DNA from: Macrostomum lignano | Taxonomy: Eukaryota | Length of the DNA stretch: 33,715 nt | Reading direction: 5' to 3' | Assembly: GCA_002269645.1 (NCBI GenBank) | Contig: NIVC01003541.1 | Location: 1-33,715 of the forward strand | Shown here: positions 10,601 through 20,342 of the stretch, in pieces | How the letters are laid out: every line of letters starts with the position of its first letter | Position numbering within the stretch: position 1 is the stretch's first letter | Made by a program: the position numbers and the translations under genes | Notes under the pieces: generated by a model | The model's input: the letters and a program-made list of their open reading frames with translations, nothing else | Database searches by the model: none | Told to the model about the DNA's origin: nothing

Positions 10601-12443
10601 TCAGGCAACTCACCTCTGCATGATGCAGTCAGCCAGTGCTCACTCAGGCAACTCACCTCTGCATGATGCAGTCAGCCAAGTAGGCGATGAGCTGCTGGCT
10701 GCAGACGGTCACGAGCTCAGAGAGCAGGTTGATCCGCTCAAACTCGGGCCAAGTGCCGATCCACTGAGAAAGAGAGAATGAGACGGGAGCGGCAAGTTTA
10801 TCAGGGACCAAATTGCGAATTGCTTTAACAAAGCTTTGTTGCAAAGTGCATTGATGAAATCACTACAGCGTGAATAGCAGTGCACAGAGGACAGTAATAA
10901 GCAAACTAAAACTTTATAGAGGTGCGCTAATTTATGATGAGAGCAGCTGTTCTAAGCAACTCACACCTCACATCGCATCCAGCTCGCTCAGCTCGCTGCA
11001 ATGGAGCAAAGGGGCGACCCCAGCATTGGTTTGTTAGCCAGTGAAATACGGGCGAGTTCGTTAAGTTTGTATCTAATTGGTTAGTAAACAATGCATGAGC
11101 AGGGGAGAGAGTGCTGTAGCTTAATCACACTGTCTACTCTATGAGCAAATCTGCAGCCAGATGATGGCGAGCTGCTCCCAGCCTCACCCCCAGATCCGGT
11201 CGAGCTGAACTCCGAACTCCTTCAGAGTCGGGCCAGCTCGGTCGGCGCCGCCGCCGCCAGACTCTTCGCGTGACGCCGCGAACGAGACAGAGGCCGGCCG
11301 CGACCGGCCTGCCGAGGAGGCCGTTGCGGCGGAGGCGGCTGCGGCTGCGGCGCTGTTGGCAGTGGAGGCAGAGGCGGCGGCGGAAACAGCAAATGAGCGG
11401 ACGGCCGGCGACACAGCGGAGGAGCCTCCGGACCGGCCGCAGACCTCGTCGATGGCTGATTGGACGGCTTCAAAAGCCACCGAGGCCGCAAGGCTGTTGG
11501 CTGCTGACAAATCATCGTCTTCGCCAGTGCCCTGGGGAATGATGTCGTCCAGCAGCTCGGCCAGGAGCTCCCGGGCAGCGGAGGAGTCGAACTGCGAGTT
11601 CGCGTCATCAATATCGTCCACGTCGTCTTCGAACCACGGCTGCTCATCGTCTCCTTCAGCGACTTCGCTCGCCTTCTCCAACTCTTCACCCGACGCCCAT
11701 TCTTCCTTCCCGGAGATCCCGCTTGGATCTGCTTCCGCTTCCGCTTCCGCTTCCGCTTCCGCTTCCGCTTCCGCTTCCGCTTCCGCTTCCGCTTCCGCTT
11801 CCGCATCTGCATCCGTATCCACATCCTGTTCTTCCATCAGTCCGGACGAAGCCACAGGCGACAGCGGCAGCGGCGAGTTGTTGGTGACCAGCAGCTCAGG
11901 GATGGCCCGGCCGAGGCCCAGCTGCTCTTCCTGCCGCTGCCGCTGCTCGTCCGCTTCTGACTCGTCGTCGGCTGTTGAAGCCTCCGTGCCCGCTGCTGCA
12001 GCAGTCGCTGCAATTTCCGCCGCAGCTGCAGCCGCCGCAGCCTCCGTGATGAGGCTGATCCGGCGCCGTGGTCGAGTCTTTTTCGACCGGCCAGGTGGTG
12101 GTGGCCGGTAGGGCTTGAAGTCCCGCCTACGACCAGCGGACGGGTAGCGCAGGCGGACGCAGTTGCGGAAGTCGCGGTGGAACACCGGCTCCATAATGGT
12201 GGCCAGCAGGCGCAGCTGGTCCAGCGAGCAGCGGCCGACAATGCCGGCCAGGAGGGCTCGCTGCTGCCAGGGGCTCCAGTATCGGAACTGGTCGATGATG
12301 AGTCGCATGGAGCCGGCGCCTTTGGCTGAGGCGGCCGCTGCGGTTGCCGCGGCGATTGTGGCAGCTGCAGAGCTGGACAGGCGGCGACGACCAGGCGGTG
12401 CCGTCAGGGGCGCCAGCCGAGGAGGCCGCTGACTGATGGCAAA
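4623..12443 (-). CDS. F-box/WD40-repeat protein (FBXW7/FBXW10-like architecture: D-domain-like motifs, F-box, 7 WD40 repeats); multi-exon, start codon unresolved
   Basis: Phase-compatible GT-AG exons (minus): 12443-11188, 10995-10972 (tentative), 10833-10657, 9828-9506, 9188-9024, 8391-8295, 7033-6931, 6818-6747, 6130-6017, 5729-5436, 5252-4623. F-box LPDRTLLKIFSLLPVRDLLSCAQVSRHWWVLASHESIW. WD40 repeats such as [58 protein letters not shown] and GHKAAVRDLQATAKRVASVSEDAFARIWE. The last exon needs a +1 fix near 5174 and a -1 fix near 4947. Confidence 0.85.
5270..5428. repeat. Tandem array, 23 bp unit (ggtcattgtctggatttactttg), about 7 copies, filling the last F-box intron (5435-5253)
   Basis: Occupies almost the whole intron between the donor gtgagt at 5435 and the acceptor at 5253. 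Confidence 0.92.
5746..6007. repeat. (GACT)n/(GCCT) tetranucleotide microsatellite filling F-box intron 6016-5730
   Basis: Direct reading. It produces the SQSV/QSVS ORFs. Confidence 0.97.
6410..6730. repeat. Tandem array, about 41 bp unit (taggcgagtgatgaagctgagagactgataaggaggtgctg), 7-8 copies, intronic next to the donor at 6746
   Basis: tagg recurs at 6457, 6498 and onward. Confidence 0.9.
7061..7270. repeat. Tandem array, 22-23 bp unit (ctcggtgactctttgtttgtgcc), about 9 copies, abutting the branch point/acceptor at 7034
   Basis: On the sense (minus) strand it ends gagtcaccgagggcgcaaACTAACctgcacaactccgcAG. Confidence 0.9.
7557..8212. repeat. G-rich 6-7 bp-unit compound satellite (tcgggat/tcggggt/tcagggt/tctgggt), intronic
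   Basis: Direct reading. It produces the RDSGSGFG ORFs. Confidence 0.95.
9931..10677. repeat. Tandem array, 43 bp unit, about 17 copies; unit spans the exon/intron junction of the F-box exon ending at 10657
   Basis: actcacct recurs every 43 bp from 9963 to 10651. Sense strand unit: gctgactgcatcatgcagAG|GTGAGTtgcctgagtgagcactg. Confidence 0.97.
11731..11802 (-). repeat. Coding hexanucleotide repeat (GCTTCC)12 encoding an (AE)n tract in the large F-box exon
   Basis: 12 perfect copies. ORF 11184-12467 reads DADAEAEAEAE...AD. Confidence 0.95.
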
Positions 12444-14197
12444 CTGCGACAGCAAACATAATAGCATAATACGGTGAGTAGTATATATTTGCTTTTACCG
12501 GCAGCAAACTGTTACCACGGACGACTTAAGCGTCGTTTAAGTAGTTCCGTGTCTGTTACCCGAAAAAAATACATGCAAGATTCTAAGGACCTACGGGTAT
12601 TATAACGTCCGTTGTAACCTATGTGTTTCTCAGCTTTAAGGATCTAATGCTTCGTGGATAGAAAAACTGTCCCTAGCCACACATAATACGAAGTATAAAT
12701 GGAAGCTAATAAATTTGCTGTCTTTCTTATAGCGTGTGAGAAATATAGATTGAAAACAATATTTTTTATTTTTTATTTTTCTCTCAATAACTCTGTAGAC
12801 CTTCATTGAAGATTTTTTATCTTTTGCGTCAGGATGTCCCCACTATGTTGTGAAACAAAATTCCTTCTTTATTAACGCTGTCTATCTTTGTGCTATTTAA
12901 AATTTATTGTCTCTTTTATATAGCTTTTGGGCCAATACTATTTGAAGAAAGTACTCGAAACGAACATTGATATCAAGCAATTTGTTTTTTTGGTTCTAAT
13001 TATTTTCAACTAGCTAGCTACTGCTGATAAATAGCACTGATGAAAGAACTTAAAGCTTTATAGTATCCAAAGCTTAAGACATAAAGATGGCATGGTCATA
13101 TTATTCTGTCCTAGCCTCTAATTTTTCAACGCTGTTACAGAATTATAATATAAAGTTTAATTTACTTATAGAGGCATTAATAATCAATTATCAAAAAATA
13201 AAATGATGCTTCGCAGAAAACTACTTTTTGATTCCATATTAAAATGACGCTTCTCAAAAAAGTTACCTTAGACTTCGATTTATTTTTAATAAAGAGCACG
13301 CGGTAAAAATAAAAACAAGTAAGAAAAATATTAAATAAGCATTACTTAACCATTTATCTAAAATTGTTTGAAAATAGTAACAGATTTTGTTAAAAGCTAA
13401 GTTTGCAGTTGCTTCCGTTCGTTTCAAATTCGTTTCAAACTGGTGCATGATCCAATTAGGCCTACCCCTCCTCGACAAAAGGCTTGACTATATAATACAG
13501 TGCTCTCGGCGTTGACTTTGCTTGTATTCATTTATTTGCTACTTAAGCAATATTTCAACATACTGCGTCATTTTAATTTCAATTTTTGTTTACTTTATAC
13601 TTGCTTCTTTCTTTCGTTCTTTGTAAAATGGAAAAAATGGTCCATGATAACCAAAAGTAAAATTCCTGGATTTCTTTTGTGTTGTTGCTACTTGCATTAT
13701 ATATTAATATTATTAGATTTAATTTCTTTTGTATTGTATTGATAATGTTTTCTAGACTTAATGAATGTGATTTCACTTCAACCTATGGCTATATCAGCTA
13801 TGACATGTGAACAATTTTTTTTGCATAATATAATTATAATCATTTTAATTATACCTAATCCATATAGGCATTGGAATATTTTAAAAAGTGGGGGGGCAGG
13901 TACCATTGTCCATTAATGCCCCCATATTTTAAAAGTGGAGGGGCCATACCCTCTGCTCCCCCATTTCACCATATAGGGCCTATGACTGTTTATTTTCTAT
14001 AATAATTGTATTAATATATATTAGACATTAGTTAATACTTATAGGCTTGCTTAATAAATAAGGTTAAAATATATATATATTTTACATTCATAAAATTAAT
14101 ATTGAATTATATAATTATATAATATTAAATATATATAATTCAATATTAATTTTACAAATGACAAGTAAATAAGAATATATTAATTTCTATTGTAGTA

Positions 14198-15503
14198 CGA
14201 GGGGCACTAGATAAGTTTTTAGCTGCGGTCAAACCGTTTATTCAAATTAGGCCATATTTTCTGAGCATATTGAATAAGAAGTTTTATCATGGTCCCCAAA
14301 GTTTCATGCACCTAATTGTCACCATTCTCTCACTGTCGCATTTTATCTCAACAAGGTCTGTGACTCTTTCAGCACTGTAATGGAGCTCAATCGTGAACAC
14401 TTTCGTGCCATGATTTTCTACGATTTTAAGAGCGGCTTGACATTTCACCAGTGCCACGAGCGGCTGTCTGCTGCCTTTCCTAACCTTGCGCCATCCATCG
14501 CCACCGTCACCGCCTGGTTCCGGGAGTTCAAGCGTGGCCGAGACAGCTTGGAAGACAAAGGTCGAACCGGCCGACCTGTTTCAGTGACGACACCTGAAAC
14601 TATCGACCGCGTGCGGCGCATGATTGAGGCTGATTGGCGAGTGACGTATCAAACGATTGAGGCATGTCTTGGAATCTCATCGCCAACAGTCGCTTCTATC
14701 CTTCGTGATCACCTCGCTGTCCGCAAGCTGACCAGTTGCTGGGTGCCGCATTTGCTCACCACCGAGCAGAAGCAGGCCCGCATGAGCTGGTGCCAGGAAA
14801 TGCTGGACAGGTTTGGCGGAGGGACGTCGAAGTCTGTCATAGACATTGTCACATGTGACGAAACGTGGGTGTATTGCTACGAACCCGAGCGGAAATGCCA
14901 GTCGCGTGTGTGGGCTTTTGAAGATGAAGCCCCGCCGACCAAGGTTGTCAGGGGTCGGAGCACTGGCAAGCAAATGGTGGCAACTTTCTTCCGAAAGACT
15001 GGCCACATTGCGATTGTAGCACTCAAGAGCCAGCGCACAGTGACTGCAGATTGGTACTGCACCGTCTGCCTGCCGCGTGTCATCAGCAGCCTTAAAGAGG
15101 CGCGGCCAAAGTGCGGCGTTCGAGGTCTCTGGCTGCACCAGGACAACGCCAGTGCGCACACGGCGAATCGAACTCGAGAGTTTCTACAGACGGTGGGCTT
15201 CCAGCAGCTCAGTCATCCACCATATTCACCTGACCTGGCACCGTGTGACTTTTTTTTATTTCCATTCATCAAGAATTCCATGCGAGGGTGCCGATTTTCC
15301 TCTGCCGAAGAGGCTGTTGATGCCTATAGATCGGCCGTTGAGGGGGTATCCCACTCAGAGTGGCGCCACTGCTTTGAAACTTGGTTTGAGCGGATGAGGC
15401 GGTGCATCCAAGCTGATGGAGAGTACTTTGAAAAGCTCTGAAAGTTTCATCTTTATAACTGTTACATGTTGACCGCAGCTAGAAACTTATCTAGTGCCCC
15501 TCG
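14198..15503 (+). mobile_element. Full-length mariner (Tc1/mariner, DD34D) transposon, 1306 bp
   Basis: TA at 14196-97 and 15504-05. TIRs of about 38 bp, cgaggggcactagataagttt(ttt/ct)agctgcggtcaa. Single intact transposase ORF. Confidence 0.97.
14380..15441 (+). CDS. Mariner transposase, 353 aa, uninterrupted
   Basis: N-terminal HTH, WVPHLL motif, catalytic DIVTCDETW, HQDNASAH and YSPDLAPCD, with 34 residues between the second and third Asp (D34D). Confidence 0.97.
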   Translation: MELNREHFRAMIFYDFKSGLTFHQCHERLSAAFPNLAPSIATVTAWFREFKRGRDSLEDKGRTGRPVSVTTPETIDRVRRMIEADWRVTYQTIEACLGISSPTVASILRDHLAVRKLTSCWVPHLLTTEQKQARMSWCQEMLDRFGGGTSKSVIDIVTCDETWVYCYEPERKCQSRVWAFEDEAPPTKVVRGRSTGKQMVATFFRKTGHIAIVALKSQRTVTADWYCTVCLPRVISSLKEARPKCGVRGLWLHQDNASAHTANRTREFLQTVGFQQLSHPPYSPDLAPCDFFLFPFIKNSMRGCRFSSAEEAVDAYRSAVEGVSHSEWRHCFETWFERMRRCIQADGEYFEKL

Positions 15504-15570
15504 TATAGTTGTATTCATTCATATTGGTATTTGAATTAATACTAATACTAATAGAGTATAATAAAATTTA

Positions 15571-16820
15571 GGCAGTGCTTATTTAGCTGGCACTGCACTG
15601 GCCAAATAAGTTTGTTACTATTTAGCCGGCAATCTTGCCTACTGCCCATAGTCGAGAAGGTGGCACAGTGTGCGCCGGAACTATTTTGATGGCTTTTGAG
15701 CACTGTGCGCCGTGCGCCATGAAGAAAAGATTTTGTGCTAAAAAAAAGATTTATTTTTTACTGGTTAATTAATAATTCACTGGTAAACAAATTTGAATTT
15801 ACGGTTGACAAATTTGAATTTCATTTATGTATTTTATATCGTGATTTACGTAATTTTAGTACTCTTTGATAGTATAATAACGAATATAACTATAACAAAG
15901 TGTAACTATATATTTTTTCAGCGCCATGTACTATGTGCGCCGCTAGAGTGTTTCCAATTTCTTGTGCACTATGTGCCATGTGCGCTGCCAGAGCATTTCC
16001 AATTTTTCCTTGTACGCCATGTGCGCCGTGTGTGCCCAAAAAAAGGCCAATTTGTGCCGGAAAATTCACCAAAAACTGCCACCTTCCCAGCTATGGCCTA
16101 CTGCCAATCAAATAAGCCTATCACTATTTAGCCGGCAGTCCTACCCCACTGCTGGTTAAATAACCTTGTCTTCTTCACTATTTAGCCAGCAATCTAGGCC
16201 CCCAATGGCCACCCCATTATATATATTTATTTGAGATATTTAAACTTTGGGCAATACAAAAGTAGTTACAGCAAATAGAAATCAAATGCAGATTTAGTAC
16301 AATTTTATTTATTACTTGCCTTCTAGTTTGTTTAATTGTTTCTAGAAGTCTTGCATATTCTAGAAATTATTTGTTGTAGCAGAAGACACATAAACAAATT
16401 AAAAGTTAATTAGGGGCCTATGCATGTTTTATTTTCACTTTAATCTCTGAATCAAAACCACTCATTAAAGCCAAAACCTACTGCAAATACCTTTATTGAA
16501 AAACTCCAAAATTGTAGTAAATATAATGTAGCTTATAGTATGTTAAATTATAATTTAAGGTCATGACGAGCAGTGCACAGCTATAAAATGTATATAAATA
16601 TATTTTGACCAGCATGGCCATTGGAGGCCAGGATTGCTGGCTAAATAGTAACGAGGTTATTTGATTGGCAGTGGGGGAGGACTGCTGGCTAAATAGTGAC
16701 AAGCTTATTTGACCGGCAGTGGGGCAGGACTGCCGGCTAAATAGTGAGGCACTTATTTGACTAGTGCTAGCTAAATAGTAGCAAACTTATTCAACCGGTG
16801 CCAGCTAAATAAGCATTGCC
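15571..16820. mobile_element. Non-autonomous Mutator/foldback-like DNA transposon with long modular TIRs and a 9-bp TSD
   Basis: Direct repeat taaaattta at 15562-70 and 16821-29. Termini ggcagtgcttatttagctggcac / ggcaatgcttatttagctggcac (reverse complement). Internal ctatttagcc(g/a)gca subrepeats are mirrored out to about 16210 and 16612. Confidence 0.82.
15647..16095. mobile_element. MITE nested in the left TIR of the Mutator-like element
   Basis: Flanking direct repeat gcctactgcc at 15637-46 and 16096-105 (8-10 bp depending on the TIR boundary). Imperfect TIR catagtcgagaaggtggca / catagctgggaaggtggca. Removing it restores the host subrepeat pattern. Confidence 0.75.
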
Positions 16821-17621
16821 TAAAATTTAATATACTATCATATGCTAAAATGATGCAATGTTTTAAAGTCTTTAAAATTTAAATTATAACTTATAAAATA
16901 TTGGAAAAGATCTATGATAGGTTGCTAACATAAGTAGTAAGGTAGGGCAAAGAAAGTTTGTTTGGGAGTCGGTTGCTTGCTGACTCCAGTGAGGTGGGCC
17001 ATTTTTTAACTTCAAATTCCCGCTGGTGTTGCATTCGCACAAATAAATCCAGAGAATTGCATAGATGAATTGCAACAAAATTTTCTCCTGTTTTATTCTG
17101 ACTGCCAGGGTCCTCAAATTCCAGGAGGAGGGTAGTTGCAGTTGTAGGCAAGCAGTCATTTAGTGGCATGGTTGTTCAATTGGTAGATACCAAAGAGTTG
17201 ACACCGTAGTTAATGTATGTCAATTTGTTGAGCTGATTACTATCAGTAGGGTAGAGTTGCCATCACCATAATCTACATATTATGGAATAAATTAGTCTCA
17301 GAGCTTTCTTTGAGATGAGAACATGTGGTTTTTTTACACCCCGCAGGCTAACTTAAGATATGCTATAGCTTTATTGAACAGCAAACAAATGTTTGGTGCA
17401 ACATGTTACTTATTTATTGTTATTTATTAGCAGGCTAAAGAAAAATTATTAATGTTAATATTACTACAAGTGAGAATGATTTGGTGGAGCTGCGGTGCTA
17501 ATAGCTAATGAGCAAAATAGGCTAAGTCAGAAAATAAACTAAATCACCAAAACTAAAACCAGAAAAAGCAAGAACACAAGCAAAAACATGCAAATTGAGC
17601 AATATTTAAGGGGTAAACAAG

Positions 17622-17919
17622 CATACATGCGCAACCTCCGAAATTCGGTCGGCCATGCGACTTAGTTTTAACAAAAATGTGACGTAGTTTTTGGCCAAAA
17701 ATGCGACTTAGATGTAAAAAAACCCTAAAGCAAAATTAACGCAACTTTGGGTAAACGGCAGGAGTAACTATGACTGTCTTATTAAGCCAAAATGCCTCGT
17801 CAGCTACTTAGTACTCTTACTTCGTTATTTTTTCGGGTGGGCATTTTTGCGACTTCCTTGGTTGGCCGCCAAATCGGTCGGCCGGATCGGCCGACTCAGC
17901 CGACTGTTGCGCATGTATG
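17622..17919. mobile_element. hAT-like MITE, 298 bp, 14-bp perfect TIR and 8-bp TSD
   Basis: TIR catacatgcgcaac (17622-35) and gttgcgcatgtatg (17906-19). TSD taaacaag at 17614-21 and 17920-27. Confidence 0.85.
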
Positions 17920-19188
17920 TAAACAAGAGTGACACCAGTTGGATCAAACAGGAAAAAATAAGGCCCAAAGAGGGATCAACCATGAATAGACACTTGAAAA
18001 CACAAGATTCAATGGGAAAGTTAAAAATAATCAATGCATGGAAGCAAAAATCAGCGACTAGGGGGGCAAAGGTCACGAAACAGGGTGGGGGAAGATGACA
18101 ACACTTGTCCTGGAGGGGGAAAACAATTCTGGGGCTAGAGCACAAAATCAGTTACAAACATGAATGAAAATTGAAAAGTTTGAAAAATAATAATAAAATT
18201 AACCATACTAGTCAATTATTAATCAGGGGCAGCCTCTTACCACAGTAGCTATAATTATGGGTCTATAAAAATGGATAATAAATATATTTGATCATAGTTA
18301 AAAATTGGTTAAGTAATTAAGCATAAGTGCCCCTTTGATAACTATATATTTCAGCATTATAATCTAAGACAATATTTGTAAATATTTTAAACAGTTAGGA
18401 TCTCTTAGTAGTCTAGAAATATATTAAACTATAGAATAATTTATAAGGAACAAAAAGTAATCTGAGTCTTATATATTATCTAATCTAGGCATATAGCTAC
18501 CCAAATATATAAATTGCTTATACTAATTTAGGGTATCTATATTTGTTTTGGTCTTGGCATATAGCAGTAGTAAGTAATAATAGTAGTACTCGTAGTAGAT
18601 ATGAAATCTCTATTAGCACATTTTCTTAATAAACACTTTAGACTTTTGTATGTTCACTTATAGGCCAAATGCAGCTATTGCAAATATTTGGCAGTTAAAG
18701 AAGTGCTAGGTGCCTTCTATACATAAGAGTTTATCTTCTATTATCAAGTATCTAGTCAAGGAATATGAGTACAAAGAATACCATTAGGGTTGTCCTTTAG
18801 GGTTACTCTCAAAGTGCTTAATAGGCTTAATAGCTTAATAGCTTGTCAGATATCACAACTGCAACCTGAGTGTTCTAGTATATTTTATAATGGCAAAGAC
18901 AGCCATACCTAGGTATTATTAGTATGGATCAATGTGGATATTTCAATTTTATCTTTATAGATCTACGAGTATATAATAGTAGCAATGCAAATTGTATCTA
19001 AATGATACAATCTATCTTCCTATGCTAGAGTTCAAATACCTGATTTTTTGTTTAAATTGGACAATTTTGCTGTATATTTGTGCATATTTGAGTTTTAACC
19101 AATAGTTGTAGGAGTTGAATGGAGTTACAGTTTGATAGCAGATCTATAACCTGTGATAAACCAGTGCTCATTTTTGTTCTGATGCGCC

Positions 19189-20342
19189 ATGTTTCTGCTT
19201 TGCGAACTCAAAGACATCGTGGCCCTGGCGCCCGAGAAGTTCGGCAGCCCCGGCCTCGAGGCTTACGAGCAGGCGCTGAATGAGAAATTGTCGAATTTGG
19301 TGCTGCACAAGGTCGGCCTCTGCTGCGCCCTGTGGGACATCCTGCAGGTGGACGAGGCTCACGTGTTCCCTGGTGACGCCAGGTCTCACAGTCAGGTGAT
19401 TACCTGTTCGAGCCTTTGCTTGGCCGCTGCCTCAGTCCTTTGGTTGGCCGCTGTCCCAGTCCTTTGGTTGGCTGCTGTCTCAGTCCTTTGGTTGGCTGCT
19501 GTCTCAGTCCTTTGATTGGCTGCTGTCTCAGTCCTTTGGTTGGCCGCTGTCTCAGTCCTTTGGTTGGCTGCTGTCTCAGTCCTTTGGTTTGTCCCAGTCC
19601 TTTGGTTGGCTGCTCTCCCAGTCCTTTGGTTGGCCACTGTCCTTTGGTTGGCCACTGTCCTTTGGTTGGCCGCTCTCCCAGTCCTTTGGTTGGCCACTGT
19701 CCTTTGGTTGGCCACTGTCCCAGTCCTTTGGTTTGTCCCAGTCCTTTGGTTGGCCGCTGTCTCAGTCCTTTGGTTTGTCCCAGTCCTTTGGTTGGCCACT
19801 GTCCCAGTCCTTTGGTTTGTCCCAGTCCTTTGCTTGGCCTCTCCCGCAGCCGCAGTCCTTCGGTTGGCCGCTCCGTTTGACCCAATGTACTTTTGTTGGC
19901 CGCTTCCCAGGTCCGCTTCCGCTACGTGGTGTTTCGGCCCAGCCTGGAGGAGGTGCTGGTGGGCACCGTCCGCAAATGCGACACAGACGGCGTCCACGTC
20001 AGCCTGGGCTTCTTCGATGACATTCTGATCCCACCGGACCAGCTGCAGCACCCGTCCCGCTTCGAGAATTCCCGCGGCGAGCCGGCCTGGGTCTGGGCCT
20101 ACGACACCGGGGCTGACACCGGCCCGCACCAGCTCCCCATGGAGCGCGGCGACCGACTGCGGTTCCGCATCGTCGAAGAGCTCTGGCGCGACGTGCTGCC
20201 CGGCGGCAAGCAGCAGCCACAGCAGCTCGGCCAGCAGCCCGCAGCCCCGCTGGACGAGGCCGCCCGGCTGCCGCCCTACTCGCTGCTGGGTAGCGTCAAC
20301 GAACCCGGCCTCGGCCTGCTTGACTGGTGGAGCGACGCATGA
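19189..20342 (+). CDS. POLR3H: DNA-directed RNA polymerase III subunit RPC8 (C25); exons 19189-19395 and 19911-20342
   Basis: MFLLCELKDIVALAP...VGLCCALWDILQVDEAHVFPGD|VRFRYVVFRP...GVHVSLGFFDDILIPP...WVW...GSVNEPGLGLLDWW matches the RPC8/Rpb7-like family along its full length. Phase-0 intron cag|gtgatt...ttcccag|gtc. Confidence 0.96.
19425..19900. repeat. Compound 18-24 bp tandem array (tgtctcagtcctttggttggctgc) filling the POLR3H intron
   Basis: Occupies nearly all of the 515-nt intron. The last degenerate copy ttttgttggccgcttcccag is the acceptor. Confidence 0.93.

Noticed and set aside
12560-14190. Decayed retroelement or Penelope ORFs (13263-13776) and a small MITE at about 13861-13984
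   Set aside because: AT-rich chance ORFs without RT or endonuclease motifs; the putative TIRs are imperfect and no TSD was found.
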